Assembly: GCA_048501115.1 (NCBI GenBank)
Contig: DBFRZS010000024.1
Coordinates: 1,025-65,024 of the forward strand
From: Collinsella aerofaciens
Lineage (GTDB): Bacteria; Actinomycetota; Coriobacteriia; Coriobacteriales; Coriobacteriaceae
Direction: 5' to 3'
Length of the DNA stretch: 64,000 bases
The stretch's first letter is position 1. Each line of letters begins with the position of its first letter. Below are positions 34,979 to 46,720 of this stretch, piece after piece. The notes beneath the pieces are model-generated. The model made no database searches. It was given only the letters and a program-made list of their open reading frames with translations, and was not told the origin of the DNA. The translations under genes were made by a program, and so were the position numbers.

Positions 34979-35013
34979 AACGGGCGCCGCGCGTCACGAC
35001 GAGGGGGACTGAA

Positions 35014-35547
35014 ATGAATATCACCGTGTATCTGGGTGCCAGCGTCGGTAATGACCCGGCGTTTCTGCCTGCGGTACAGGAGCTGGGCAACTGGATTGGC
35101 ACCAACGGCCACGCGCTGGTATACGGCGGGTCCAAATCGGGCCTGATGGGCGCGCTCGCCGATAGCGTGCTCGATGCTGGCGGACATGTGACGGGCGTGG
35201 AGCCGAGCTTTTTTATCGAGGCCGAGTTTCAGCACGACGGAATCGACGACCTTATCGTGACGAGTGATATGGCCGAGCGAAAAGCCAAGATGATTGAGCT
35301 CGGCGATGCGTTCATCGCATTTCCGGGCGGCACGGGCACACTCGAGGAGATTGCCGAGGTTATGTCCGCGGTGTCGTTGGGGCACCTGAGTGCTCCGTGC
35401 ATCCTGTATAACCTGGACGGTTACTACAACGACCTCAAGGCACTGCTCGGGCACATGATTGATAAAGGGCTTTCGAGCCTGAGGCGCCAGCAGGGCATCT
35501 ACTTTGCCGACGATTTGCGCGAGATTGCCTCGATTATCAACGGATAA
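35014..35547 (+). CDS. LOG-family (TIGR00730) nucleotide phosphoribohydrolase
   Basis: YGGSKSGLMG and PGGTGTLEEI motifs. Confidence 0.85.
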   Translation: MNITVYLGASVGNDPAFLPAVQELGNWIGTNGHALVYGGSKSGLMGALADSVLDAGGHVTGVEPSFFIEAEFQHDGIDDLIVTSDMAERKAKMIELGDAFIAFPGGTGTLEEIAEVMSAVSLGHLSAPCILYNLDGYYNDLKALLGHMIDKGLSSLRRQQGIYFADDLREIASIING

Positions 35548-35670
35548 GTCTTGAGCCTTCCTCACCGTGAATCCCAATGGTGCCGTTTGCGGCGCAGATG
35601 GTTAGCTCGTTCGGCAACGCTCGCTCTACAATAAACGTATCTATGTCGACTTTGACCGCGGGAGGACCCG

Positions 35671-36975
35671 ATGGATAACCTTGCCAAACCCACAAACCGC
35701 GCGCTGTTTTTAGTTAGCGTTGCCGTGACCGGTGCGTTCGCAGGTGCCGCAGTCTGGCTGTTCTTCTTTGCGATGGAGCACGGTATCGACTATCTATGGA
35801 CCGAGATTCCGCACGCGCTGGGCGTCGCTTCGCCCGAGCTTGCCAGCGGCCCGTTTGGCTTTCTGCCGTACCCGTTTTTTATCTGCCTGCTGGGCGGCCT
35901 GTTAATCGGTCTGTACGAAAAGATGACAGGCACCAAGACCGATGACCTCAACCAGGTGATGGCGAAGGTTAAGCAAGACGGGCGCTATCCGTACGACAAC
36001 CTGGGCAAGCTTTCGCTCGCGGCATTGCTGCCGCTGCTGTTTGGCGGAAGCATTGGACCGGAGGCCGGCCTGACCGGCGTTATCGCTGGTCTGTGCAGCT
36101 GGGTCGGCGACCGCATGCGTCGCTTTGGCGCCGAGTTTAGGGAGCTTACGCTGCTGGGCACCCAGGCTGCCCTGACGGCACTCTTTACCGCGCCCGTCTT
36201 TGGTTTTGTGGCACCGCTCGCTGGTAGCGCCGACGGCCAGGGCGAAGACGCCGACGATGAGTCCGTGTCCGACGAGGTTACCATCAAGCTGCCCAAGGCG
36301 CAAAAGACCGTGGTCTACGGCATTGCGATTGCCGGCGGTCTGGGCACCTACCTGCTGCTTGGCCAGCTTGTGGGCGGCGGCATGGGTATGCCGAGGTTCG
36401 AGTCCGCCGAGGTGGGCAACCTGGAGCTTACCTGGCTCATTCCTCTGTCGCTGATCGGAACAATCTGCGGCTGGCTGTACTTTGTCTCTGAGCACGCGAG
36501 CGAAGTGCTTGCCCACGCAATAGGGGAGCACCCCATCGCTAAGGCCATGCTGGCCGGTCTGGTACTTGCCGCCTGCGGTACGGCTCTGCCCTTCACCATG
36601 TTTGCCGGCGAGACGCAGGCCGACGTGCTCATGGAAACCTATCTGACCATTCCCGCCGGCGTGCTTATTGTGACCGGTCTTGTTAAGGCCATGCTGACGC
36701 CCGCCCTCATCAACCTTGGTTGGCGTGGCGGCCACTTCTTCCCGGTTATCTTCTCGGGTGTGAGCCTGGGCTATGGCCTTGCCATCCTCACCGGCGCCGA
36801 TCCGGTCTTTTGCGTCGCTGTCTGCACGGCATCGACGATGGGCGCCGTCATGCGCCAGCCCATCATGGTCGTGGGCCTGCTGCTCCTGTGCTTCCCGCTC
36901 AAAGGCATCGTCTGTATGATCATCGCCGCCGCCATCGCCGCCGGCATTCCGCTGCCCAAGCCGCTGCGCAAATAG
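35671..36975 (+). CDS. ClC-family voltage-gated chloride channel/antiporter
   Basis: 434 aa, polytopic. GGSIGPEAG (GxEGP-type) motif and typical ClC repeat architecture. Confidence 0.8.
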   Translation: MDNLAKPTNRALFLVSVAVTGAFAGAAVWLFFFAMEHGIDYLWTEIPHALGVASPELASGPFGFLPYPFFICLLGGLLIGLYEKMTGTKTDDLNQVMAKVKQDGRYPYDNLGKLSLAALLPLLFGGSIGPEAGLTGVIAGLCSWVGDRMRRFGAEFRELTLLGTQAALTALFTAPVFGFVAPLAGSADGQGEDADDESVSDEVTIKLPKAQKTVVYGIAIAGGLGTYLLLGQLVGGGMGMPRFESAEVGNLELTWLIPLSLIGTICGWLYFVSEHASEVLAHAIGEHPIAKAMLAGLVLAACGTALPFTMFAGETQADVLMETYLTIPAGVLIVTGLVKAMLTPALINLGWRGGHFFPVIFSGVSLGYGLAILTGADPVFCVAVCTASTMGAVMRQPIMVVGLLLLCFPLKGIVCMIIAAAIAAGIPLPKPLRK

Positions 36976-37065
36976 TACGGTGGCTCACGCTGGGGATATG
37001 CCATTTGTCACGGATTTACGGGGAGGGGCGGCGATCGCGTCCTTCGTGGATTGAGACACGCGTGG

Positions 37066-37764
37066 CTACAGATCGCGTACTCGATAAACCTTGGTGCTGA
37101 CGGTGCAGCTGATTGCACATAGCGCGAGGGCAAGTACGGCGATGCCTGCACACAGACAGCTAAGAACGGCAGGATCGGGATTCGCCCCGGCAATCGACAT
37201 GAGCCAGTTGCTGATGGGGTTGGAGGAACTCAGCATTGCCATGGTGCCGCAGCCAAACAGGGCAAACAGGCCAAGGGATAGGCGCAGCGCCTCCATGTGT
37301 CCAAATCGGAAGAACAGCGGCTGTGTCAAGAATACCATCATGAGGGAGATGAGCATCGATGCCGCCGAGGCGGTTGCGATTTCAAAGATCGTCTGGCATG
37401 TCGAAGGGATGCCCATGGGGTCGAAGAGCGGAAGGGCGAGGATGTTCAGAAGCGTAGCCGCGCATGCCATGACGACCGAGAAGACAACGATGCACAGGTA
37501 GCGTGCGCAAATAATGTCTTTGCGCGAGAAGGGCAACGTTGCTCGATAACGTTCCCAGCCGTTTTGGTTATCGTAGCCAGCTAGCGAGTTCATGATTATG
37601 ATGGGCGACATTGCGCTGACCGCACAGGCGCCGGCGCTCATGCCGGAATCGCCGTCTGTCGCGTTGGCAAGGGTCAATACGACGAATATGAACAGGCCGA
37701 CGCCCGCGATGCTCGGGGCGAGCGTGCGAACGATGGCGGTCTCGGACATAAAGGCGCGTTTCAT
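37066..37764 (-). CDS. ABC-2 type transporter permease
   Basis: 232 aa, six hydrophobic segments. 4-nt overlap with the upstream ABC ATPase gene. Confidence 0.7.
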   Translation of the reverse strand: MKRAFMSETAIVRTLAPSIAGVGLFIFVVLTLANATDGDSGMSAGACAVSAMSPIIIMNSLAGYDNQNGWERYRATLPFSRKDIICARYLCIVVFSVVMACAATLLNILALPLFDPMGIPSTCQTIFEIATASAASMLISLMMVFLTQPLFFRFGHMEALRLSLGLFALFGCGTMAMLSSSNPISNWLMSIAGANPDPAVLSCLCAGIAVLALALCAISCTVSTKVYRVRDL

Positions 37765-38642
37765 TTCGAAGCCCCTTTCAGCGTGAGGCGTAGATAGTCG
37801 TCAATGGTTGCCCGATCGCAGGGAATCTCGGGGAAGGCCTCGAGCGTTTCGCGACGGTTGGGCACGAGCACGTCCACGCTATAGGCGTGGTGGGCGGCAC
37901 GGGCGCCTTCGACGCAAGCCATAAGCTCGGCGGCCTGCACTTGGGTGCAGTGGGCGATGCCAGCGCGGTCGGTAATGTCCTCGCGTGGCAGGTCAAACAC
38001 AATCGAGCCATTATCGATGCAGATGACGCGGTCGGCGGCGCGATCGAGGTCGGACGTAATGTGGCTCGAGAGCAGCACGCTGCGCTGACCGTCGGAAACA
38101 AAGGCAAGCAGCTCATCAAGCAGTTCCTCGCGTGCCATGGGATCGAGGCCCGCGGTGGCTTCGTCCAAAACGAGTAGTTCGGCCTTGTGACTGAGTGCGC
38201 AGGCAAGTTGCAGCTTCATGCCCATACCGCGGGAGAGGTCCTTGACCTTTGTCCTGGGATCGAGGCCAAATCGGTTGATGAATCCGGCGAACGTTTCGCG
38301 GTCCCACGCGGTGTACGCCGGTCCTACGAGCGACTCGATCTGGCCCACCTTGAGCGTGGAGGGGAAGGGGCACGTGTCCAGGACAAGACCGACGCGGGAG
38401 CGTAGATGGCGTTGCGACTCATCGGGCGCGTCGGCGCCACAGCGTTGCCCAAACAGGTTCACTTCGCCGGCATCGAGCTTTATAAGCCCGAGCGCGGCTC
38501 GAATCGTCGTGGTTTTGCCGGCACCGTTGGCACCAACAAAGCCGACGATCTGGCCGGGCTCCACGGCAAGCGTGACGTCGCGCAGCGAAAAGCGGTCGCT
38601 TACAGTGCGTGAGATGCCTTTGAGTTCTAGCAAGTTTTGCAT
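37761..38642 (-). CDS. ABC transporter ATP-binding protein
   Basis: Walker A GANGAGKTT, signature LSRGMGMKL, Walker B LLVLDEATAGLD. Confidence 0.9.
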   Translation of the reverse strand: MQNLLELKGISRTVSDRFSLRDVTLAVEPGQIVGFVGANGAGKTTTIRAALGLIKLDAGEVNLFGQRCGADAPDESQRHLRSRVGLVLDTCPFPSTLKVGQIESLVGPAYTAWDRETFAGFINRFGLDPRTKVKDLSRGMGMKLQLACALSHKAELLVLDEATAGLDPMAREELLDELLAFVSDGQRSVLLSSHITSDLDRAADRVICIDNGSIVFDLPREDITDRAGIAHCTQVQAAELMACVEGARAAHHAYSVDVLVPNRRETLEAFPEIPCDRATIDDYLRLTLKGASK

Positions 38643-38665
38643 GGTATAGCCTTTCTTGCAGATGG

Positions 38666-39046
38666 CTACTGCATGGTTTCGGGGGCCACCAGGTCGAGCA
38701 TCTCGTGCAGTTTGTCGCGCGTGACGCCCAGGGTTTCGGCTTGGCTCGCCGCTTTCGCAAGCAGCTCTTCGATATGGCAGAGCTGGTTTTCGCGCAAAAG
38801 CTCCTGGTTGCCCTCGGCGACAAAGCAGCCCTTGCCCTGCACGGTGCAGATAAACCCGAGCTGCTCCAAGTCGGCGTAGGCGCGCTTGGTGGTGATGACG
38901 CTCACGCCAAGATCGCTCGCGAGCGCACGGATGCTGGGGAGTTTGGCGCCCGCAGCGAGCGTGCCCGAAAGGATCTGAGCTTTGACCTGCGAGGCTATTT
39001 GCTCGTAGATGGGTTTATCGCTCGAATTGGATAGGATGATGTCCAC
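38666..39046 (-). CDS. GntR-family (YtrA subfamily) transcriptional regulator
   Basis: KPIYEQIASQVKAQILSGTLAAGAKLPSIRALASDLGVSVITTKRAYADLEQLG. Short 126-aa YtrA-type, first gene of a GntR-ABC-ABC2 operon. Confidence 0.85.
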   Translation of the reverse strand: MDIILSNSSDKPIYEQIASQVKAQILSGTLAAGAKLPSIRALASDLGVSVITTKRAYADLEQLGFICTVQGKGCFVAEGNQELLRENQLCHIEELLAKAASQAETLGVTRDKLHEMLDLVAPETMQ

Positions 39047-39074
39047 AGCGGCTCCTTAGCTGATGGGCTACACG

Positions 39075-39108
39075 TGTATATAACCGGTAAGCACAGTATA
39101 TATACACT
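39075..39108. promoter_or_regulatory. Inverted repeat GTGTATATA-N16-TATATACAC upstream of the GntR operon (putative YtrA operator/promoter)
   Basis: Arms at 39075-39083 and 39100-39108, in the divergent intergenic region. TATA-rich -10-like sequences lie within. Confidence 0.45.
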
Positions 39109-39261
39109 ATGCACAGTTCTGCAAGAGGCAAATGCGGATTGGGCCGGCTGCCCAAGCCCCAACTGATGAATTTGTCCTGATAGGCGTCCTAGAGCGAGGT
39201 TTCGCGGCTACAATAATGCGGTTACAACGACGTAATGCACTCAATGCAAGAAAGGATCCGC

Positions 39262-40875
<1,614 letters not shown>

Positions 40876-40881
40876 CGCATT

Positions 40882-40920
40882 GGCGCGGTGGTCCTGTGGG
40901 GCTGCCGCGCCGTTTGTTTG
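40882..40920 (+). terminator. Terminator after prfC
   Basis: GGCGCGG...CCGCGCC stem followed by GTTTGTTTG. Confidence 0.55.
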
Positions 40921-40975
40921 CCTTATGCCGCGCGAGCGGCTATCATACCCACGTCGTCTCAAGACCGGGACGTCC

Positions 40976-41035
40976 GAGCAGTTCGGGTCCGATATCCTGC
41001 TCGTTAAACCTAAAACCAAAGGAGTACATAATGAT
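40976..41035 (+). ncRNA. Candidate preQ1-I-like riboswitch in the leader of the YhhQ/VUT transporter gene
   Basis: Stem GAGCAG (40976-40981) / CTGCTC (40997-41002) with a loop starting UUC. The A-rich tail GUUAAACCUAAAACCAAAGGAG runs into the RBS. The tail closely resembles the Thermoanaerobacter preQ1-I tail GUUAACAAAACAAGG. The loop is longer than typical. Confidence 0.4.
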
Positions 41036-41039
41036 CAAG

Positions 41040-41753
41040 AAGGTCATGGAGGACTACAAGGTCCTGTTGCGGAGCATTCCCGCGGCAACGGTTTCGCTGT
41101 TTTTCGTGAGCGTCATCATGATGAACCTGCTGGCCAACAAAGAGCTCATCAGCCTGCCGTATCTGGCGCTCGACTGTGGCTTTGTGGTGAGCTGGGTTTC
41201 GTTTTTGTGCCAGGACATGATCTGCAAGCGCTTTGGCGCCAAGGCATCCATCAAAATCTCTATCCTCGCGCTGCTGGTCAACCTGGCCGTGAGTCTGTGC
41301 TTTTGGGCATGCTCGCTCACGCCCGGCATGTGGGGCGCCTACTACGACACGGGCATGATCGAGGTCAACACTGCCCTTAACGCCACCATCGGCGGCACCT
41401 GGTACGTGGTGCTGGGCTCTTCGCTGGCAATGCTCGTTTCTGCCGTGGTTAACTCCACGCTCAACCAGTCGCTCGGCCGCATGCTCAAAAAGAATAACTT
41501 TGCGAGCTTTGCCTTCCGCTCCTATGTGTCCACGGGTGTTGGCCAGTTTATCGACAACTTGGTCTTTGCCATTGTGGTGAGCCACACGTTCTTTGGTTGG
41601 ACCTGGGTGCAGGTCCTTATGTGCTCGCTGACCGGCGCTGTTGCCGAGCTGCTGTGCGAGGTTTTCCTGAGCCCCGTGGGCTACAAGGTCGTGCGCGGCT
41701 GGGAGCGCGAGAATGTGGGCTCCGAGTACCTCGAGCGCCACGCAACCGCCTAA
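41040..41753 (+). CDS. Queuosine-precursor transporter, VUT (YhhQ/COG1738) family
   Basis: ATG 41040 after AAAGGAG. Polytopic. LANKELISLPYLALDCGFVVSWVSFLCQDMICKRFG and FIDNLVFAIV are typical of YhhQ family proteins. Confidence 0.8.
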   Translation, partial: KVMEDYKVLLRSIPAATVSLFFVSVIMMNLLANKELISLPYLALDCGFVVSWVSFLCQDMICKRFGAKASIKISILALLVNLAVSLCFWACSLTPGMWGAYYDTGMIEVNTALNATIGGTWYVVLGSSLAMLVSAVVNSTLNQSLGRMLKKNNFASFAFRSYVSTGVGQFIDNLVFAIVVSHTFFGWTWVQVLMCSLTGAVAELLCEVFLSPVGYKVVRGWERENVGSEYLERHATA

Positions 41754-41762
41754 GGAGCAAGT

Positions 41763-42443
41763 ATGCGGGTTTTGATCACGGGTGCTTCGGGCGGTATCGG
41801 AGCCGCATGCGTGCAACGATTTTTGGACGAGGGCCACGAGGTCGTGGGCTTTGATTTGCTACCGGCGGCGATCAAACACGAGCGCTACCGCCATCTGATC
41901 GTTGATGTTCGCAAGCCGGACGCGTTTCCAGACGATCTTGAACCCCAGGTGATCGTGAACGTTGCCGGTACGCAGGATTCGGCTGACGACATCGCCGCCA
42001 ACCTGTATGGCACCATCAACGTGACCGAGCGCTACGCCTTTGCGGGGGAGGGGCTTGCCGCCAAGCCGGCGCCGGCTATCAAATCCGTGGTCAATGTGGG
42101 GTCGGCGAGCGGGCATACGGGATCGGAGTTTCCCGACTATGCCGCCAGCAAGGGCGGCGTTATCGCCTACACCAAGAACCTTGCAAACCGTCTGGCGCCG
42201 CAGGCTATCGCCAACAGTGTGGACCCGGGTGGCGTTATCACGCCGCTCAACCGTTGCGTGATGGAAGACGAACACCTGTGGAACCAGATTATGGAGCTCA
42301 CGCCGCTTAAGCGCTGGGCCACCGCCCAAGAGATTGCCGAGTGGATCTACTTTGTGGGCGTGACCAACCGGTTTATGACCGGGCAGAGTCTGCTGATCGA
42401 TGGCGGCGAGGCCGGCCGCACACAATTTATTTGGCCCGAATAG
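41763..42443 (+). CDS. SDR-family oxidoreductase
   Basis: ITGASGGIGAA (TGxxxGxG) and YAASKGG (YxxxK) motifs. Confidence 0.85.
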   Translation: MRVLITGASGGIGAACVQRFLDEGHEVVGFDLLPAAIKHERYRHLIVDVRKPDAFPDDLEPQVIVNVAGTQDSADDIAANLYGTINVTERYAFAGEGLAAKPAPAIKSVVNVGSASGHTGSEFPDYAASKGGVIAYTKNLANRLAPQAIANSVDPGGVITPLNRCVMEDEHLWNQIMELTPLKRWATAQEIAEWIYFVGVTNRFMTGQSLLIDGGEAGRTQFIWPE

Positions 42444-42493
42444 GAAACGCGCCCGATGGAAAGCCGTCGGGCGCGTTTTTGATGTATCGATTT

Positions 42494-43219
42494 TTAGCCG
42501 AGGCAAGTCCAGTTGACGGGGGTCGAGCCGTGCTGTTCGAGTAGCCGATTGGCTGCCGAGAAGGGACGCGATCCCATAAAGGCGGGGAGTTCTGCCGTGG
42601 CACGGTTGGCCGAAAGCGGCGAGGGGTGCGTAGAGGCCAGGCAGAACTTGCCGGTTGTCTTGCCCGCACCAGTTGCGACGAGCTTGCCTTCGACCATTTG
42701 CTGGGCAAAGCGACCCCATGCCAAAAAGACTACCGGCTGGGGCAGCTGGCAGCAGCGTTCGATAACGTAGTCGGTCAGGGTGCTCCAGCCCAGCTTGGCG
42801 TGCGAGTTGGCGGCATGCTCGCGCACGGTGAGCGTAGTGTTGAGGAGCAGGACGCCCTGTTGTGCCCATGGTGTTAGGTCTCCCGTGGCGGGAATGGGGC
42901 AACCCAGATCGGCTTTGAGTTCCTTATAGATGTTGCGCAGACTCGGCGGCAACTTGGTTTGCGTCGCGGGGACCGAAAACGACAGTCCCATGGCCTGGTT
43001 GGGTCCGTGATAGGGGTCTTGACCCAAAATGACAACTTTGACCTGGTCTGCAGGCGTGTAGGCGAGGGCATTGAGGATGTCGTCTTGTGCCGGGTAGATG
43101 ATCTGCTCGGCACGCAAAAGGGCGATACGCTCGAGCAGCTGGTTCGTAGTGTCACGTACCGGCTGTGGCGCATCGCCCAACCAAGTTGCTATGTTGCGAT
43201 CGCAAGTTGCGGTGTCCAT
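42494..43219 (-). CDS. ung: Uracil-DNA glycosylase
   Basis: VVILGQDPYHGPNQAMGLSFSV, LLLNTTLTV and the HPSPLSA motif. Confidence 0.95.
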   Translation of the reverse strand: MDTATCDRNIATWLGDAPQPVRDTTNQLLERIALLRAEQIIYPAQDDILNALAYTPADQVKVVILGQDPYHGPNQAMGLSFSVPATQTKLPPSLRNIYKELKADLGCPIPATGDLTPWAQQGVLLLNTTLTVREHAANSHAKLGWSTLTDYVIERCCQLPQPVVFLAWGRFAQQMVEGKLVATGAGKTTGKFCLASTHPSPLSANRATAELPAFMGSRPFSAANRLLEQHGSTPVNWTCLG

Positions 43220-43307
43220 GGGGCTCCTTTATGGCAGATGCTCTGTTTGCATCTATTGTAAAGGCGCACCGGTTGCCTTTATGCTACGGCTGTATGAAGA
43301 GTGGGGT

Positions 43308-44210
43308 CTACGAGACGCGCTCGGGCGCCCCTGCCATGCGAGCCTGTCCATGTGCGCGAAGGCGCGGAAGCTCGACGGTTGCCACCATGACGCCGGTGAG
43401 GATGAGGGCGGCGCCAAAGAAGGCGATGGGGCTCAGGACCTCGCCAACCAAGAAGAACGAAAAGACGGCGGAGCAGACCGGCTCGAGCGAGAAGGCGAAG
43501 CCGGTGGTCTCGGCGGGCATGTGGGGCTGCACGAGTGTCTGAGTGATAAAGCCGTAGGCGGAGCAGATGAGTGCGAGCGCGACGACAACGACGATCTCGC
43601 TGGGCGTGCCGGGAAGCGTGAAGCCGCCAAAGGTGAATGCAGCGATGCCCGAGAACAAGCCGCCGAAGCCCAGCTGCCAAACGCCCAGAGCAAGCGGATC
43701 GACTTCTTCGACAAAGCGCTTGGCCACGATAATGTGGCTGGCATAGATAAAGGCGGAGAGCAGCATGATGAGCGCGCCCGGATTCAGACTGGTGAAGTCG
43801 GCGCCCGAGAGCAGCAGCATGCCGCAGGTGACGATGGCGGTGCCGACGAGCACCTTGCGCTCGGGGGCGCGACGCAGTAGGGCGGCGTTGGCAAACGGCA
43901 CGATCACGACCGTCAGGCTCTGCAAAAAGCCGGCAGTGGAGGCAGAGGTGAGGCTAGAGCCCAAGCACATGCAGGTGAGTTCGGTTGCCATAATGGCGCC
44001 GATGATGGCGGCTCGGACCATAAGGTCGCGGTTGATGCGGAACGCGCGCTTGTGGAAGAGTAGCAGACAGGCCACAAAGGCGATGATGCAGCGTAGCGCG
44101 ACGATGCTCGTAGCGTTCATGCTGTCCATGCCGATCTTCATGAGGGGGTACGAAAAGCCCCATGCGACGGGAACGGAAAATGAGAGCGCGATTGCTTTTT
44201 TGCGATCCAT
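43308..44210 (-). CDS. DMT-superfamily (EamA) transporter
   Basis: 300 aa, ten hydrophobic segments in two EamA-like repeats. Divergent from a LysR regulator. Confidence 0.8.
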   Translation of the reverse strand: MDRKKAIALSFSVPVAWGFSYPLMKIGMDSMNATSIVALRCIIAFVACLLLFHKRAFRINRDLMVRAAIIGAIMATELTCMCLGSSLTSASTAGFLQSLTVVIVPFANAALLRRAPERKVLVGTAIVTCGMLLLSGADFTSLNPGALIMLLSAFIYASHIIVAKRFVEEVDPLALGVWQLGFGGLFSGIAAFTFGGFTLPGTPSEIVVVVALALICSAYGFITQTLVQPHMPAETTGFAFSLEPVCSAVFSFFLVGEVLSPIAFFGAALILTGVMVATVELPRLRAHGQARMAGAPERVS

Positions 44211-44368
44211 GGGACTCCTTTTGTTACAGAACGGTTTCGCAAAAAGGATTCTGCTCCCAGATTTGGATGTAGTAAAGCGAATGTATCTTCAGTACGATTA
44301 AGAAATGCTAAAGTGGGTGCGAAAAGCCCTGACAAAACGTTTTACGGCTACATTGACGTGGAGGCACG

Positions 44369-45235
44369 ATGGCATCGCGGTATCAGATTGTTTGTATGGT
44401 GGTCGACTGCGGCAGCCTTAAAGGCGCGGCGGACGAGCTGGGCTATACGCAAAGCGCGGTGAGCCAGGCCGTCAAGGCACTCGAGCGCGAGCTGGGCACC
44501 ACGCTTATCGAGCGCGGAAAGCAGGGCGTCTCGCTTACGCGCGACGGTAAACAGTATCTGCCGTACCTGCGCCAGATTGTGACTGCCGAGGCCGAGCTCG
44601 AGGGCAAGCGCCAGGAGCTGCTGGGACTTTCGTCGACTGATATTCGCATCGCGACGTTTACCAACGTGAGTCGAACCGTGTTGCCGCGTGTGATCCGCGA
44701 CTTTGGGGCCTTGCACCCGGGCGTACGTTTTACCCTCAAGCAGGGCGATTACACGCGCAACGCTCAATGGGTGCACGACGGCGTAGTGGATTTTTGCTTT
44801 ACGGCACGCGGGTTTACCGCGGGGCTCGAGAAGCGCGTGGTCTATCACGACGAGCTGGTGGCGCTGTTGCCTGTCGCGCATCCGCTGACGGCAAAGGAAA
44901 AGGTGACACTCGCCGACCTGGCGTCCGAGCCGTTTGTGCTGCTGGATGAGGGCGAACAGAGCCTGGTGCTCGATGCGTTTGCGGCGCATGGGCTGTCGCC
45001 GCACGTGACGAGCGAGGTCACTGACGACTACACCATCATGGCGATGGTGGAGGAGGGCCTAGGCGTGAGCATGCTCTACCGTCGTACTGTGGAGGGCATG
45101 CGAGCCGATATTCGTGTGCGGCCCATCGTGCATGCCCCCTCGCGCGATGTGGTGGCGGCCTGGCGCAGCTGGGACACCATGCCTATCGCCACGAGGCGCT
45201 TTATCGACTATATGAGCTCGCATATTGTCAATTAA
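44369..45235 (+). CDS. LysR-family transcriptional regulator
   Basis: N-terminal HTH YQIVCMVVDCGSLKGAADELGYTQSAVSQAVKALERELG plus a substrate-binding domain of typical length. Confidence 0.9.
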   Translation: MASRYQIVCMVVDCGSLKGAADELGYTQSAVSQAVKALERELGTTLIERGKQGVSLTRDGKQYLPYLRQIVTAEAELEGKRQELLGLSSTDIRIATFTNVSRTVLPRVIRDFGALHPGVRFTLKQGDYTRNAQWVHDGVVDFCFTARGFTAGLEKRVVYHDELVALLPVAHPLTAKEKVTLADLASEPFVLLDEGEQSLVLDAFAAHGLSPHVTSEVTDDYTIMAMVEEGLGVSMLYRRTVEGMRADIRVRPIVHAPSRDVVAAWRSWDTMPIATRRFIDYMSSHIVN

Positions 45236-45262
45236 TGACTGGCGTAGCGTTGGGTGCGGTGT

Positions 45263-46645
45263 TTAGCGGGCTGTCGCTTTGGCTTGGGTGGCGCGATAGG
45301 TGCGTGCCGGGTGGCAGAGTAGCACCGCCACGACCATAAAGAACGCCGTGGTGCCCAGGCTGATGGGGTAGACCATCATGATGTTCGCAAAGGTGCGGAA
45401 GTGCGGGAACACGCAGAACACCCAATAGAAGCGGATGCCGCAGACGCAGATCATGGTGATGAGGGCGGGCGTGAGCGAGATGCCAAAGCCGCGCAGGTAG
45501 CCGGACATGTTTTCGTAGAACATGCTAAAGGCGTACGCCGGGAAGATCGAGCACACGCGGATATAGCCGATCGAGACGATGTTGGGATCGCTGTTGAACA
45601 GCGACAAGATCTCGCGCCCCAGGCCGACAATAACGATAATCGTGGTGAGTGCAACGATACCGCCTTCGACCAGGCAGACCTTGAGCGTTTTGGTGCAGCG
45701 GTCGATCTGGCGGGCACCGTGGTTTTGTCCCACAAAGGTAGTGCAAGCCTGGCTAAAGCTGTTGAGCAGGTTGTAGCACACGTACTCCAGACTCATGGCG
45801 GCGCTCGATGCCGCCATGACCTCGGTGCCCAGGCTGTTGATGGCAGACTGGATGATGATGTTGGCGACGGCAAAGACGGCGCTTTGGATGCCGGCGGGCA
45901 GGCCGATCTTGACGATGCGCTTGAGGGCGACGGGGTCGATAGCCAGGTCGCGTGGGGTGACGCGGACGACGGAGTCGGTCTTGAGTAGGCGGATAAAGAG
46001 CGTAGCGGCGCTGACGGTGTAGGCGATGGCGGTGGCGATGGCGACGCCCGCGACACCCCAGTGGAGTACAGGGACAAAGATGAGGTCCAGGCCAATGTTG
46101 AGGACGGTGGACACGGCAAGCGCCTGCAGCGGCATGCGGGTGATGCCGACGGAGCGGAAGATCGCGGCCTCAAAGTTGTAGAGCAAGATCGAGGGCATGC
46201 TGAGCAAAAAGACGCGTAGGTAGAGTGAGGCGAGCGGCATGGTCTCGGCGGGAACGTTGAGCGCGGCGAGCATGGGCTCGGCAAAAATCTCGCCCAGGGC
46301 GATGACGGCAAAGCCCACGAGCGCCATTAAAATCGAGGTATGGACGGCGCGTTTGACCATGTTTTGGTCGTTGCGGCCGATAGCGTTGGCGATGACCACG
46401 TTGGAGCCAAGCGACATGCCAATAAACAGGTTGAGCATAAGACTGGTAAGCGGAACATTGGAGCCGACCGCCGCCATGGCGAGGGTTCCCTGGTCGCCCG
46501 AGAAGTTACCGATGATGACCGTGGCGATGAGGTTCGACAGCTGCTCCAAGATGCTCGTGGCGGCCACGGGGAAGGCGAACAGGGGAATATTGCGCCACAG
46601 CGAGCCGGTGGTCATATCGATGTGCTTAGATACGGTGTCAGCCAT
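45263..46645 (-). CDS. MATE-family efflux transporter
   Basis: 460 aa, 12 TM segments. The N-terminal GSLWRNIPLFAFPVAATSILEQL is typical of MATE (NorM/DinF-like) proteins. Confidence 0.85.
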   Translation of the reverse strand: MADTVSKHIDMTTGSLWRNIPLFAFPVAATSILEQLSNLIATVIIGNFSGDQGTLAMAAVGSNVPLTSLMLNLFIGMSLGSNVVIANAIGRNDQNMVKRAVHTSILMALVGFAVIALGEIFAEPMLAALNVPAETMPLASLYLRVFLLSMPSILLYNFEAAIFRSVGITRMPLQALAVSTVLNIGLDLIFVPVLHWGVAGVAIATAIAYTVSAATLFIRLLKTDSVVRVTPRDLAIDPVALKRIVKIGLPAGIQSAVFAVANIIIQSAINSLGTEVMAASSAAMSLEYVCYNLLNSFSQACTTFVGQNHGARQIDRCTKTLKVCLVEGGIVALTTIIVIVGLGREILSLFNSDPNIVSIGYIRVCSIFPAYAFSMFYENMSGYLRGFGISLTPALITMICVCGIRFYWVFCVFPHFRTFANIMMVYPISLGTTAFFMVVAVLLCHPARTYRATQAKATAR

Positions 46646-46720
46646 ACGCTCTCAATCTCTAACATGCTCTTTCGTGCTTATTTGCGCAGACGATGATACT
46701 CCTAATGCAACCAGTCGGCA

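Noticed and set aside
35548-35670. Possible fluoride (crcB-motif) riboswitch upstream of the ClC gene.
   Set aside because: The leader lacks the conserved GGCGAUGG...CUGAUGA-type elements. The ClC protein also carries a canonical GxEGP-type motif rather than the CLC-F signature.
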